Positions 36,858-46,966 of a stretch of 64,000 bases of DNA are shown here, in pieces. This stretch comes from Sphingomonas sp. Lineage in GTDB: Bacteria > Pseudomonadota > Alphaproteobacteria > Sphingomonadales > Sphingomonadaceae. The DNA is taken from the NCBI RefSeq assembly GCF_045810705.1, contig NZ_JBJMVI010000008.1, positions 39,142 to 103,141 on the forward strand, read 5' to 3'. The notes beneath the pieces are model-generated. The model was not told the origin of the DNA. It searched no databases and saw nothing but the letters and a program-made list of their open reading frames with translations. The position numbers and the translations under genes are program-made. The first letter of the stretch is position 1. The number at the start of each line of letters is the position of its first letter.

Positions 36858-37901
36858 ATGACAAATGCCGACGTTCCGGGAGGGCGGGCGACGGCAGCAT
36901 TGAGGTGGACGGACTTGGAACAGTGGGCATTGACACCGGGGCTTGCCGAAACATCGCGCTGGGCGTTCATCGTTGGCGCGCCGCGCTGCGGGACGACGGC
37001 GATGTCGGAATATCTACGGGAACACCCGGATGTGTGCTTCTCGACGCCCAAGGAACCGCATTATTTCCTCGCCAATGACCTGCGCGGGCAAGAGGCAGGC
37101 CAATTGCGCGAGATCGTGCGCAACAAATATCTCGAGCGCTTCTTTCCCGAGCGGCACGGCTCGCAGCTATTTGCCGAAGGCTCCGTCAGCTATCTCTACG
37201 CGCCCGAGCAGCTCGAGCCGATCCTCAAGCTATGGCCGCGGGCCAAGTTCCTCATCGCTGTCCGGAATCCGCTGGAGATGGTGCCATCGCTGCACCAGCG
37301 CTTGTTCTACAATGGCGACGAGACACATCGGCAGTTCGACCGCGCCTGGAATCTCGTACCGGAGCGTCGGGCAGGACGGTCGATCCCGCGCAGCTGCCTC
37401 GAACCGCGCTTCCTCGACTATTGGGAGGCCGGCCAGCTCGGCAAGCATCTTGAGCATTTCTTCAGCCGGGTCGACCGCGAGCGGTGCCTGGTCACGGTGT
37501 TCGACGACTTCAAGGCGGACCCTGGCCGCGAGTACCGGCGTGTGCTCGATTTCCTCGACCTTCCCGACGACGGGAGGACCGATTTCGAACGTCACGCGGA
37601 AAGCAAGGATTCGCGCGTCGCATGGATCCACCGGCTGATGAAGCGGCCGCCCCGCGCCGCTTTATGGCTGTTCGACCGAGAGGACCTCGAAGTGATCGAA
37701 GCGGGAACCGGCGAGCCCGGCCCGCTGCTCGAAAAGGTGATGGAGATCCGCACCAGGATCATCCACTGGAACCGCATCCCGGCATCCAGGCCGCAGGTTA
37801 GCGAGCGCGTGCGCGGCGAAATGCGGTCGATGTACCGCGAGGACAATGCGCTGCTTTCACGATTGCTCGGCCGCGACCTTAGCCACTGGGTCGACGCCTA
37901 G
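36858..37901 (+). CDS. Sulfotransferase family protein
   Basis: FIVGAPRCGTT (5'-PSB loop), KEPHYF, EGSVSYLY, IAVRNPLEMVPS. Confidence 0.9.
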   Translation: MTNADVPGGRATAALRWTDLEQWALTPGLAETSRWAFIVGAPRCGTTAMSEYLREHPDVCFSTPKEPHYFLANDLRGQEAGQLREIVRNKYLERFFPERHGSQLFAEGSVSYLYAPEQLEPILKLWPRAKFLIAVRNPLEMVPSLHQRLFYNGDETHRQFDRAWNLVPERRAGRSIPRSCLEPRFLDYWEAGQLGKHLEHFFSRVDRERCLVTVFDDFKADPGREYRRVLDFLDLPDDGRTDFERHAESKDSRVAWIHRLMKRPPRAALWLFDREDLEVIEAGTGEPGPLLEKVMEIRTRIIHWNRIPASRPQVSERVRGEMRSMYREDNALLSRLLGRDLSHWVDA

Positions 37902-38605
37902 GCGTTCCGGACTTCGCCGCACTCGAGGTTGGCGGGCACGGCGACATCCATCATCTTCGGCCGCGGCAGGTTGAGCGCCGTCATGATGGCGACGAATTCT
38001 TCGACGTTCTTGCCGCCGCCGAGCCGCGGGTTGCGCGCGCGCTCCTGCCCGATGCTGCTCACCTGGCGCTGCTGGTAATCGTGGGCCGGATAGACCAGCG
38101 TCTCGTCCGGCAGCGAAAAGAGCTTGTCGTGCACAGACCGGTAGAGCGTCGCCGCATCGCCGTTCTGGAAGTCGGTCCGGCCGCAACCGTCGATCATCAG
38201 CGCGTCGCCGGTGAAGACGCGCCAGGCGCCCGTGCTGCGCAGCAAATAAGCGTGATGGTCATCGGTGTGGCCGGGCGTGTGCAACGGCTCGAGGCGCAGA
38301 GTGCCGACGCAGATCGGCTCGCCTTCGCGGATTGCTACATCGACCTGCCTCGCCGCGCTCTTTTCGGGCACCGCCGTTTGCGATCGGGTGAGGTCGCGCA
38401 ACCGGTCGGCGCCGGTGACGTGGTCTGCGTGGATATGCGTTTCGATCGTATATTTGAGCGTGAGGCCGAGTTCATTGAGCAATGCCAGATCACGGTTCAC
38501 GGTTTCGAGGACGGGGTCGATCAGCGCTGCCTCGCGCGTCTCCTCACAAGCGACCAAATAGGTGTAGGTCGACGACACCGGCTCGAACAATTGTCGGAAG
38601 ATCAT
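37898..38605 (-). CDS. MBL-fold hydrolase, persulfide dioxygenase (ETHE1/Pdo)-like
   Basis: MIFRQLFEPVSSTYTYL, ETHIHADH, TPGHT, FTGDALMIDGCGRTDFQ, YPAHDY. Confidence 0.9.
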   Translation of the reverse strand: MIFRQLFEPVSSTYTYLVACEETREAALIDPVLETVNRDLALLNELGLTLKYTIETHIHADHVTGADRLRDLTRSQTAVPEKSAARQVDVAIREGEPICVGTLRLEPLHTPGHTDDHHAYLLRSTGAWRVFTGDALMIDGCGRTDFQNGDAATLYRSVHDKLFSLPDETLVYPAHDYQQRQVSSIGQERARNPRLGGGKNVEEFVAIMTALNLPRPKMMDVAVPANLECGEVRNA

Positions 38606-38652
38606 TGAGTGCCTCTTGCCCGCCAGCGACATCCTAGCCCATCGGTGGGTCA

Positions 38653-39609
38653 ATGAACATTTGCGTTGTCGGTGCCGGCGCGATCGGCGGCTGGGTGGCG
38701 GCCAAGCTCGCGCTTGCCGGCAAGGAGGTCAGCGTGCTCGCGCGCGGCGACACGCTTCGCCTGGTACATGCCGAAGGCCTACGTCTCGAGGAAAATGGCG
38801 AAGAGTTCGTCGCCAGCGTCGAGAGTTCCAACGACTGCGCCGCACTCGGCCCACAGGACGTCCTGTTCGTTGCGGTCAAAGCCCCTGCGCTGCCGCCGCT
38901 CGCATCCGAGATTCGGCCGCTGATCGGTTCTCAGACGACTATCGTGCCAATGCTCAACGGGGTGCCCTGGTGGTTCGTCGAGGGAATGCAGCTAAAATCG
39001 GTCGATCCGCAAGGAAGCATCGCAGCGGCGCTGCCGTTTGAGCAGGTCATCGGCTGCGTGGTCCATGCATCCTGTCACCGCTCCGCGCCGAACCGTATTC
39101 ACGTGAAGCATGCCGAAAAGCTGATCATCGGCGAGCCGGGCGGGGCCGAGACCAGCAAGCGCCTGGGGCGTCTGTTCGCGCTGCTCGACGAAGCTGGGCT
39201 GAAGCCGGACGTCACTGGCAACGTCCGGCGCGCGATCTGGTACAAATTATGGGGCAATGCGACGATCAACCCGCTGTCGGCGCTGACGCGCGCGACGTGC
39301 GACCACATCCTCGCCGACGCCGAATGCCGCGCGTGGATGCTCGAGGGCATGGCGGAGCTAGCGGCGATCGGCGCATTGGTCGGCTGCCCCATCAGCGAAA
39401 GCGGCGAGGACCGGATGGCGGTGACAGCGCGGCTGGGCGCATTCAAGACGTCGATGCTCCAGGACGTCGAAGCGGGTCGGCCGATCGAACTCGAGGCGCT
39501 GGTCGGCGCGCCGCGCGAGATCGCTCGCGCCCGCGGCATTGCAACGCCGGCGCTCGACCGACTTTACGGCGTGACCAAGCTGATGGCGGAGACCTTGGGT
39601 CTAGGCTGA
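38653..39609 (+). CDS. 2-dehydropantoate 2-reductase (PanE/ApbA) family
   Basis: VVGAGAIGG, LFVAVKA, WYKLWGN, KTSMLQD...GRPIELEA. Confidence 0.9.
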   Translation: MNICVVGAGAIGGWVAAKLALAGKEVSVLARGDTLRLVHAEGLRLEENGEEFVASVESSNDCAALGPQDVLFVAVKAPALPPLASEIRPLIGSQTTIVPMLNGVPWWFVEGMQLKSVDPQGSIAAALPFEQVIGCVVHASCHRSAPNRIHVKHAEKLIIGEPGGAETSKRLGRLFALLDEAGLKPDVTGNVRRAIWYKLWGNATINPLSALTRATCDHILADAECRAWMLEGMAELAAIGALVGCPISESGEDRMAVTARLGAFKTSMLQDVEAGRPIELEALVGAPREIARARGIATPALDRLYGVTKLMAETLGLG

Positions 39610-40884
39610 GGCGACGACTCGCCCGACGCATTCGCCGAACCCGATGCGGGCGGCGCCTTCGGTTTCGCACCAGGCTTTCAGCGTGACCTCGTCGCCGTCC
39701 TCGAGGAAGCTTCGCGTCTCGCCGCCCGGAAGCCCGACCGGTTGCTTGCCACCCAGGCTGATCTCGAGGAGCGATCCAAGCCCGGTCGCGCTTTCGGTCG
39801 ACAAGGTTCCGGTACCGATCAGGTCGCCGGGCTGCAGGTTGCAGCCGTTCGAGCTGTGATGGGCGACGATCTGCGCCGCGCTCCAATACATCGCGGCATC
39901 GGCCGATCCGCGCGTAAGCACGTGTGGGGCTCGTCCGTCGGAACGCATCTTCTCGGTCGTCAGCGTGACCTCGAGCTGGATGCCCAATGCGCCGGATTCG
40001 CGATCCTTCGCGTCGTTTAGGTACATTAATGGCTCAGGATCCCCATGAGGCCGCGGCGGCATCGGCTTGCGAAACGGCGCGAGCGCTTCTGCACTCACTA
40101 TCCACGAGCTGACACTGGTCAGGAAATTCTTGGCGAGGAACGGCCCGAGCGGCTGATATTCCCACGCCTGGATGTCGCGCGCCGACCAGTCATTGAGCAG
40201 GCAGTAGCCGCCGATGTGGTCCGCGGCTTCGGCGATCGGGATCGGTGATCCCAGCTCATTGCCCTGCCCGATCCACATGCCCAGCTCGAGCTCGTAATCG
40301 AGCCGGCGGGTGGGCCCATATTCGGGCGCATCCGCGTCGGGCGCCTTGCGCTGGCCCCTCGGGCGGATCACCGGCTCTCCGCTAGCGCGCACCGAGCTTG
40401 CTCGCCCGTGGTAGCCGATTGGCACATATTTGTAGTTCGGCAGCAGCGGGTTGTCGGGCCGGAACTGCTTGCCGACATTGGTCGCGTGGTGAATCCCGAC
40501 GTAGAAATCGGTGTAGTCGCCGATCAGGCATGGCACGTGGAGGCGGACCTCGCTCTGCCCGACAAGCTGGGCCTCGACCTCGTCACGATAGTTCCCGTCC
40601 GAGAGCAGCTCCTGCAGGCGCCGACGAAGCGCGCTCTGAGCGTGGGGCCCGCGCGACAGCCAGCCGTTGAGCACCGGCTGCGACAGGTCTTCGCGCCAGT
40701 CCTCGTCGAGCAAGTCGGCGATACCGGTGAGGTCGAGGACATAATTGCCGATCGCGATGCCCGCCCGGCGGCGCCGCTCGCCCACCGAGAAGATTCCGAG
40801 CGGGAGGTTCTGGATCGGGAAATCGCTGCCTTGCGCGCTTTCGCACCAACTGGTGAGCGCTGCATCGTTGCTCCCGCCAATCAC
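39601..40884 (-). CDS. fahA: Fumarylacetoacetase
   Basis: [51 protein letters not shown]; GTG start overlaps the hmgA stop. Confidence 0.95.
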   Translation of the reverse strand: MIGGSNDAALTSWCESAQGSDFPIQNLPLGIFSVGERRRRAGIAIGNYVLDLTGIADLLDEDWREDLSQPVLNGWLSRGPHAQSALRRRLQELLSDGNYRDEVEAQLVGQSEVRLHVPCLIGDYTDFYVGIHHATNVGKQFRPDNPLLPNYKYVPIGYHGRASSVRASGEPVIRPRGQRKAPDADAPEYGPTRRLDYELELGMWIGQGNELGSPIPIAEAADHIGGYCLLNDWSARDIQAWEYQPLGPFLAKNFLTSVSSWIVSAEALAPFRKPMPPRPHGDPEPLMYLNDAKDRESGALGIQLEVTLTTEKMRSDGRAPHVLTRGSADAAMYWSAAQIVAHHSSNGCNLQPGDLIGTGTLSTESATGLGSLLEISLGGKQPVGLPGGETRSFLEDGDEVTLKAWCETEGAARIGFGECVGRVVASA

Positions 40885-42164
40885 GGCAGCTTGGCCTTGG
40901 GAAAGCCGGTCCACGCCTGGTCGTAGTCCGTCTGCGCGCGATCGAGCGCCCATTGGGTCGGGCGGTACGGCCAGCAGGTTTCGACCATGAAGGCCATCGT
41001 TCCCTCGATCTTGACGGGTTTGAGCTCGGCCTCGCTCGCGTTGCGCCAGCTGTCCACGTCCGGTCCGTGACCACTCATGGCGTTGTGCAGCGACAGGCCG
41101 CCGGGCGCGAACCCGTCGGACTTGGCGTCATAGGAGCCGTGGATCAGGCCCATCGCCTCGCTCATCACGTTGCGGTGGAACCAGGGCGGCCGGAACGTAT
41201 CCTCGCCGACCATCCAGCGCGGCGGGAAGATCACGAAATCGGCATTGGCGCGGCCGGCGACATTGCTCGGCGATGTCAGGACGGTGAAAATAGACGGATC
41301 CGGGTGGTCGAAGCTCACCGTTCCGATCGTGTTGAAGCGGGAAAGATCGTAGCGATAGGGCGCATAATTGCCGTGCCACGCGACGACGTCGAGCGGCGAG
41401 TGGTCGAGCGTGGTCGTCCACAGATGGCCGAGGGACTTCTGGACCACCTCGCTGGTGTCATCTTTGTCCTCGAACCAGGCGACCGCCGTCTCGAAATCGC
41501 GGGGGTTGGCGAGGCCGTTGGCGCCAATCGGCCCGAGCTCGGGCAGCCGCAGCGGCAGGCCGTAATTCTCGGCGACGTAGCCGCGGCTGTCGCCATCCAC
41601 CTCGACGCGGAACTTCACGCCGCGCGGCACTACGCCGATCGAGCCGGGCGCGACGTCGAGGCGACCGAGCTCGGTCGCGATGCGCACCGTCCCCGATTGG
41701 GGGATGACCAGCAGCTCTCCGTCAGCGTCGACGAACACGCGCCGGTCCATGCTTCGGCCGGCGCGATAGAAATGGACGGCGACGCCTTCCAGCTCTTCCG
41801 GCGGGCGATTTAGAAGGACGGTGACCATGCCGTCGACGAAGTCCTTGCCCTCGGGCATGTCTTTCGGCGGATCCCAGCGAAGGCGGTTGGGCGCGAGCGG
41901 CGCAAGCGGTGCCGCGCACCCGAACAAGGGCGCATTTTCGTAGCGGACGAACGGCCGGTGATCCGCCGTGGGCCGCATCCGGTACAGCCACGAGCGGCGG
42001 TTCTCGTGCCGCGGCGACGTGAAGCTGCTTCCCGACAGCTGCTCGGCATAGAGGCCGAAAGCGGGACGCTGGGGCGAGTTGCGGCCCTCGGGCAGCGCGC
42101 CAGCCACGGCCTCGCTTTCGAAATGGCCGCCGAAACCGGTCAGATAATCGAGCGCGTCGGTCAT
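40881..42164 (-). CDS. hmgA: Homogentisate 1,2-dioxygenase
   Basis: [63 protein letters not shown]. Confidence 0.96.
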   Translation of the reverse strand: MTDALDYLTGFGGHFESEAVAGALPEGRNSPQRPAFGLYAEQLSGSSFTSPRHENRRSWLYRMRPTADHRPFVRYENAPLFGCAAPLAPLAPNRLRWDPPKDMPEGKDFVDGMVTVLLNRPPEELEGVAVHFYRAGRSMDRRVFVDADGELLVIPQSGTVRIATELGRLDVAPGSIGVVPRGVKFRVEVDGDSRGYVAENYGLPLRLPELGPIGANGLANPRDFETAVAWFEDKDDTSEVVQKSLGHLWTTTLDHSPLDVVAWHGNYAPYRYDLSRFNTIGTVSFDHPDPSIFTVLTSPSNVAGRANADFVIFPPRWMVGEDTFRPPWFHRNVMSEAMGLIHGSYDAKSDGFAPGGLSLHNAMSGHGPDVDSWRNASEAELKPVKIEGTMAFMVETCWPYRPTQWALDRAQTDYDQAWTGFPKAKLP

Positions 42165-42282
42165 GCCGCGCCGGTTACCCACTCGGACGCGGACAATCAA
42201 ACGGGCGCGGCTCACGGAGAGCCGCGCCCGCGCGGCGGACGGGGACTCGCAACCCGTCCGCGCTCACCTCATCCGCAGCTAC

Positions 42283-42486
42283 TCAGCTGTGGTTGACGTT
42301 GACGTTGACCGTGCTCGGAATCACCGACTTGCTGCCGCCGAGGCCGAGATCCGCGCGGAAAACGTAGAGCAGAACCAGGACGACGATGATCAGCAGAACG
42401 ACCGCAAGTAGGCCGCCGCCGCCACCGCCTCCGGTTTCGACAACGGTCGTGTGTTCGCGTTCCACATCGTCGCGATCATCGGCCAT
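42283..42486 (-). CDS. Small single-pass membrane protein
   Basis: 67 aa; Gly run followed by a hydrophobic helix. Confidence 0.6.
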   Translation of the reverse strand: MADDRDDVEREHTTVVETGGGGGGGLLAVVLLIIVVLVLLYVFRADLGLGGSKSVIPSTVNVNVNHS

Positions 42487-42566
42487 TGGAAACTCTCCTG
42501 TTTTACCTGTTAAACCGGCGAAACGAACGAACTGCGGTCTTGGCGGTTCCGAACGGCGGAGAGCAG

Positions 42567-43115
42567 ATGAAGCGCCTGATCATCGCACTTGCGATTTTGG
42601 CACTCGCCGGCTGTAGCCGCGCTGACCAACGCGCGGGGTCGTCCCACCAGGTGCAGGAGGCCGCCGACGCCAACGGGGCGCGCCCGACCGTGGTCGCGCC
42701 GGGCACGGGCCCCGATGCGAGGACACCATTTACGCCAGCCAAACCAACGGTTGACCCGAGGAGTCCTGAAGCCGCGCGAGAATTGGTCCGGCGCTTTGGC
42801 ACGCTGATCGAAGACGGCGATTGGAGTGAAGCGCAAAAGCTCTGGGGCAACGCCGATGCTGCCGCCGATCTGACCTCAAGGCTCAAGCGATTTCGGAACC
42901 TGTATCTGGAATCCGGCAAATCCGCTGAACCGGAAGGCGCAGCTGGTTCGATCTATGTCACTGTGCCCGTGACCTTTTACGAAACGGATTTCGAAAACCA
43001 TTCTTTCCGCCGGTCCGCGGACGTCCTTCTGCGCCGGGTCAACGACGTGTCGGGTTCGACCGAAGCGCAGCGCCGCTGGCACATCGAGCGGATCGACTGG
43101 AAAGACGCGACCTAA
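42567..43115 (+). CDS. Hypothetical lipoprotein
   Basis: Lipobox LAGC; EGAAGSIYVTVPV...LRRVNDV.GST.AQRRWHI. Confidence 0.7.
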   Translation: MKRLIIALAILALAGCSRADQRAGSSHQVQEAADANGARPTVVAPGTGPDARTPFTPAKPTVDPRSPEAARELVRRFGTLIEDGDWSEAQKLWGNADAAADLTSRLKRFRNLYLESGKSAEPEGAAGSIYVTVPVTFYETDFENHSFRRSADVLLRRVNDVSGSTEAQRRWHIERIDWKDAT

Positions 43116-43288
43116 AAGGCGTTCAGCGCGTCGGCGGCCTGGTTGGCGTCGGCCGCCGAATTATCGTCCTCCGGCGCCGCACCGGCGAAATCATAGGCGA
43201 ACCAGATGATTCCGGCGGCCCACAGCAGGGCCCACCACCGGTTCTTGAAGATCGTACTGGTGCGCATCGGGATCACGGGCCCGAACAT
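43112..43288 (-). CDS. Small hypothetical membrane protein (not in ORF track)
   Basis: MFGPVIPMRTSTIFKNRWWALLWAAGIIWFAYDFAG...ALNAF-stop. Confidence 0.55.
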   Translation of the reverse strand: MFGPVIPMRTSTIFKNRWWALLWAAGIIWFAYDFAGAAPEDDNSAADANQAADALNAF

Positions 43289-43300
43289 GGCACGAGGATG

Positions 43301-43522
43301 CTAAGATTGAGTTTCCTCGTCCGCGTGCGTGACCTCGCGGTGGGGGAAGCGGTCGCGGATGCGGGTGTTGAAATAGACGCCTTTTGCGAACGCGCCGCGG
43401 AAGGCGTCGGCAACTTCCTGCGGAACCCCCGAATAGACGTAGCGGCGGCCGGTGGTGAACTCGACCCACAGGTCGCCCTTCATCTCATCGTAGACGAAGC
43501 GGCGAATGACCGACGAGGGCAT
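43301..43522 (-). CDS. KTSC domain protein
   Basis: MPSSVIRRFVYD...L.VEFTTGRRYVYSGVP...F..A..KG.YFN..IRD. Confidence 0.9.
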   Translation of the reverse strand: MPSSVIRRFVYDEMKGDLWVEFTTGRRYVYSGVPQEVADAFRGAFAKGVYFNTRIRDRFPHREVTHADEETQS

Positions 43523-43565
43523 GACGGTTCAACGCGCCGACGGCAGTGTCGCTCCTCGGCCGGGT

Positions 43566-44129
43566 TCAGCGTTGGCTCGTGGCGGCCGCCGCAGCCTGAG
43601 CCGCGGCCGCCTGCGCTGCCGCCGCTTTGGCCTTTGCCGCCTTGTCGGCTTCCGCTTCCTCGCGCTGCTTCTTGGCCTGGAGGTAGAGCTGATACTCGCT
43701 CGATGTGGGCTGAGTGACGAACATGCTCCCGACCTCCTGGCCCTTGGACAGCCGGTCGGCCATGGTCGCAAGCGCCGTCGCGGCGGTGAATATGTCGATT
43801 GTCGGCTGACCCCGGCAGCCCATCGGCCCGACGGTCGCGCAGCTATGGTCGACATAGGTCTCGTGCGGATTGTGCGGCCGGCCCGCCTCGCCCTGCTTCT
43901 TCAGGCGCCGCGCGGCGAGCACATCGGGGTCGAGCCGATAGCCCTGCGGGCGTAACGCGCAGACAATAATTTCGCGGGAATTGGGGTCGGGGGCAGCCGG
44001 GGTCGTGCATTCCTTCTTTGCCGCAGCGGCCGCTTCGACCTTCGGCGGCGAGGCCGAGGGGCCATCAACCTGGGGAGTGGCCGCGGCCTGGGCGAGAAGC
44101 ACGAGCGCGACGGGCAGGCCGATTGGCAT
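43566..44129 (-). CDS. Hypothetical exported protein
   Basis: Signal-like N-terminus; EIIVCA, CATVGPMGC. Confidence 0.6.
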   Translation of the reverse strand: MPIGLPVALVLLAQAAATPQVDGPSASPPKVEAAAAAKKECTTPAAPDPNSREIIVCALRPQGYRLDPDVLAARRLKKQGEAGRPHNPHETYVDHSCATVGPMGCRGQPTIDIFTAATALATMADRLSKGQEVGSMFVTQPTSSEYQLYLQAKKQREEAEADKAAKAKAAAAQAAAAQAAAAATSQR

Positions 44130-44264
44130 TGGCTCTATTCTCCCGCCTAGGCTTGCGCGGCAATGAACGGCGCGACCGTGGGTAAACTTACCTATTGCAA
44201 CGCGGCTCAAAAGAGCGCGTTGGCACTGCGGTCCGTAACGGACTCAAATAGGAGGAGCAGCCAC

Positions 44265-44642
44265 ATGCGTGCGTTGCTTGGTCTCGCGGCGCTTGGCGCC
44301 GCCGCATTAGCTTCATCCGCTTATGCTCAACACTTCAGCATATCGAGCTTTGGTTCCTCATCCGCCGCGCCTCGGGTTACGACGATGCCGGAACGTGGGC
44401 ATCACCGCGATGGCCGCTTCGAGGGGCACGTCCACAGGGGCGTGCCGCCGGCGGCGTTGGCCTACGGCTACGGCTACGGCGGTTACAACGACTATGGCGA
44501 CTTCGACGGCAACCGCGGCTTCGATCCCGACAAATGGAACGATTGGTGGCACGATCGGCCCGAGCGCGCCTTTCCCCGCTGGATGAGCCACAACAATGAT
44601 TGCGCCCGGCGCTGGTACAGTGGCGACGTCCTGACTTGCTGA
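44265..44642 (+). CDS. Hypothetical secreted protein
   Basis: AGGAG SD, signal peptide, Gly/Tyr/Trp-rich C-terminus. Confidence 0.6.
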   Translation: MRALLGLAALGAAALASSAYAQHFSISSFGSSSAAPRVTTMPERGHHRDGRFEGHVHRGVPPAALAYGYGYGGYNDYGDFDGNRGFDPDKWNDWWHDRPERAFPRWMSHNNDCARRWYSGDVLTC

Positions 44643-44757
44643 GCGGGCGCGGCGCCTCACAGGTTCGCCGGAAGAACACAAATTACAAATCGCAACCGTG
44701 TCGGTTCGCGAACGTTTGCCTCCTGCAAGGCGTTTTCCAACCTTGATGGAGGATCAT

Positions 44758-45204
44758 ATGCGCAGGACAATGATGACGCTGCTGGCGTCGATCGCGGTGC
44801 TGGGCGGCTGCAACACGGTCCGGGGCGTGGGCGCCGATATCGAATCCGTAGCCAATGCTTTTGACCCGAACGTCCATTACGCAGTGTGCGGCAGCTACGG
44901 CGTGCTCGACCGCAACGGCGACGGCCGGATCAGCCGCGCCGAATGGCTGGCCTACGGACCGGCCGAGTTCGCCAGCTGGGACCTCAACCACAATGGCCGC
45001 ATCGGCAAGGGTGAGTTCTCGAGCTGCTGGTATGGCGGCGGCTTCTATTCGGGCTACAACCGCGCCAATTGGGAGCCGGCGTTCGCCGCGCTCGACCTCA
45101 ACGGCGATGGTGTGATCACGCAGAATGAATTCTTCAGCGGTGCCGCCTGGGCGCGGCTCGACCCGAATAATACGGGCGTGATTACCGCTTGGCCGTGGTC
45201 GTAG
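44758..45204 (+). CDS. Lipoprotein with entericidin-like N-terminus and four EF-hand-like loops
   Basis: VLGGCNTVRGVGADIES; DRNGDGRISRAE, DLNHNGRIGKGE, DLNGDGVITQNE, DPNNTGVIT. Confidence 0.7.
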   Translation: MRRTMMTLLASIAVLGGCNTVRGVGADIESVANAFDPNVHYAVCGSYGVLDRNGDGRISRAEWLAYGPAEFASWDLNHNGRIGKGEFSSCWYGGGFYSGYNRANWEPAFAALDLNGDGVITQNEFFSGAAWARLDPNNTGVITAWPWS

Positions 45205-46411
45205 GCGCCGGAAGCAGCGCGTAAGTGCGGCGAAAGGCTTGCTCCTCGGCGGCGCTATAGGCGCTGTCGGCGGCCTTTGGGGCCGGGTCGGCGACACCGG
45301 TGACGAAGTAAGCGACTCCACGGCCGCGTGAGCGGTCGAGCCAAAGACCGCCCTTCATGCCGTAGGCATCACCGGCATGGCCGACGAGGACCGCGCCGCG
45401 CGTGCCCATGTCGTCGCCGCAGCCGGGAACCTTGTTCGGGATCCGGTGGGTGCCGTTGCCGGCGCTGCAGTAAAAGCCGCCTTCGGTTGCGCCATTGGTT
45501 CCATCGAAGCGCCACGTCTGGGCCAGGAGCAGCTCGACGGCCCGCGGTGAAAGAAGGCGGACCCCGCCGAGCGCGCCGCCGTTCAGCAGCATCCGGCCAA
45601 TGCGCGCGAGGCCACGGGCGGAGATGCGCAGGCCGCCCTGCGGTGCGAACAATGCACCGTTCTCGCCCAGGCGCCAAAGCTTGAGGTCGCAGGACGCGCC
45701 CTCCTTGACGAACACCGGGCAGTCGGGGCGGCGGCCATGGAGATCGTCCTTGACCGGCTTGCCGCCTGGCTCGTCGAGCTCGACGGCGCGAGCCACCGCC
45801 GCGTCGCTGCAGGTCGGCCAGTTGAAGCACGCGTCGAGCTTCATCGGATCGAGAATGGCGCGTCGCATCCAGATGTCGAAGCGCTCGCCGGTGACCTTCT
45901 CGATGATCGAGCCGATGATCGGGTAGTTGAAATTGACGTAAGCGAATACATTGTCGCCCGGGCCGTGCTGGCTGTCCCAGTTTCTGGGGTCGCTGAGCGC
46001 CTGCCGCAGCGTCTCGCCGAGAGGGATCACATAATCGTCGTCATGCTCGCGCACGGAGCTGGTGTGCGCCAGGAGCATCGACAGCGTAATCGGGCGGCCG
46101 GGGAAGTTGGGGTTGCGCAAGCTCCAGCCGAGCCAGCGCGAGACGTCGCTTGAGAGGTCGAGCCTGCCGTCGTCGACCAGCTTCATGACGCCGATTGCCG
46201 TGACCATCTTGCTTACCGAGGCGACGCGGACCGGGTCGTCGATCGTCACTCTCCGTCCGCTCTGTGGATCGGCAATTCCATCGGCGAAGCTCACAATGTC
46301 GCCGTTACGATCGAAAGCGACCCCGACCTCGGCATGCGCCGCCGGCACAGCGGTCGAAACCGTCGCGCAGCCCGCGAGAGAAAGTATCGAGAGCAAGCTC
46401 AGCAGGCGCAC
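45182..46411 (-). CDS. Serine hydrolase, beta-lactamase/PBP family
   Basis: ASVSK (SxxK), FAYVNFNY, GHAGDAYG. Confidence 0.9.
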   Translation of the reverse strand: MRLLSLLSILSLAGCATVSTAVPAAHAEVGVAFDRNGDIVSFADGIADPQSGRRVTIDDPVRVASVSKMVTAIGVMKLVDDGRLDLSSDVSRWLGWSLRNPNFPGRPITLSMLLAHTSSVREHDDDYVIPLGETLRQALSDPRNWDSQHGPGDNVFAYVNFNYPIIGSIIEKVTGERFDIWMRRAILDPMKLDACFNWPTCSDAAVARAVELDEPGGKPVKDDLHGRRPDCPVFVKEGASCDLKLWRLGENGALFAPQGGLRISARGLARIGRMLLNGGALGGVRLLSPRAVELLLAQTWRFDGTNGATEGGFYCSAGNGTHRIPNKVPGCGDDMGTRGAVLVGHAGDAYGMKGGLWLDRSRGRGVAYFVTGVADPAPKAADSAYSAAEEQAFRRTYALLPAPTTTAKR

Positions 46412-46493
46412 AGGTCAAGACTAAGCGCAGTTCGCTTCCTCGGCCACAACAAGAGGAGTATTAGGCCCGCTTCCTCAACCAAGGGGGTTAGCC

Positions 46494-46907
46494 ATGAGGA
46501 TCGTCACTTTCGCAGCAGTTGCAGCATTTGCGTTCACCGGCGTCGCCGCCAACGCCGCAACCCCGCTCCAGAAAGAAACCGCTGTCTGGCAGGCGTTCAA
46601 GGACAAGAAGGCGGATGCATTCGGCGCGATGTTCGCGCCCACTTATGTCGGTCTCTATGAGGACGGCGCCGCGACCAAAGCCAAGGAACTGGACCACCTC
46701 AAGAATGACAAGCTTGAAAGCTTCAAGATTACCAATTTCGCTAGCCGGATGATCGATCCCGACGACATGTTGATGACCTATTCCGTCGACGTGAAGGGCA
46801 TGGCGGGCAAGGACGACATGTCGGGCAAGTACCAGGCCGCAACGCTGTGGCATCGCACCGGCAACAAGTGGCTCGGGGTCTACCACACCGAGATCAAAGC
46901 CAAGTAG
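46494..46907 (+). CDS. Secreted NTF2-like (DUF4440) protein
   Basis: Signal peptide; ...ATLWHRTGNKWLGVYHTE. Confidence 0.75.
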   Translation: MRIVTFAAVAAFAFTGVAANAATPLQKETAVWQAFKDKKADAFGAMFAPTYVGLYEDGAATKAKELDHLKNDKLESFKITNFASRMIDPDDMLMTYSVDVKGMAGKDDMSGKYQAATLWHRTGNKWLGVYHTEIKAK

Positions 46908-46966
46908 GGCCGGGAGCGCCGGCGCCCGCGCTTCGTTTCCTCCACAAGGAAGCGTAAGGCGTCGGC

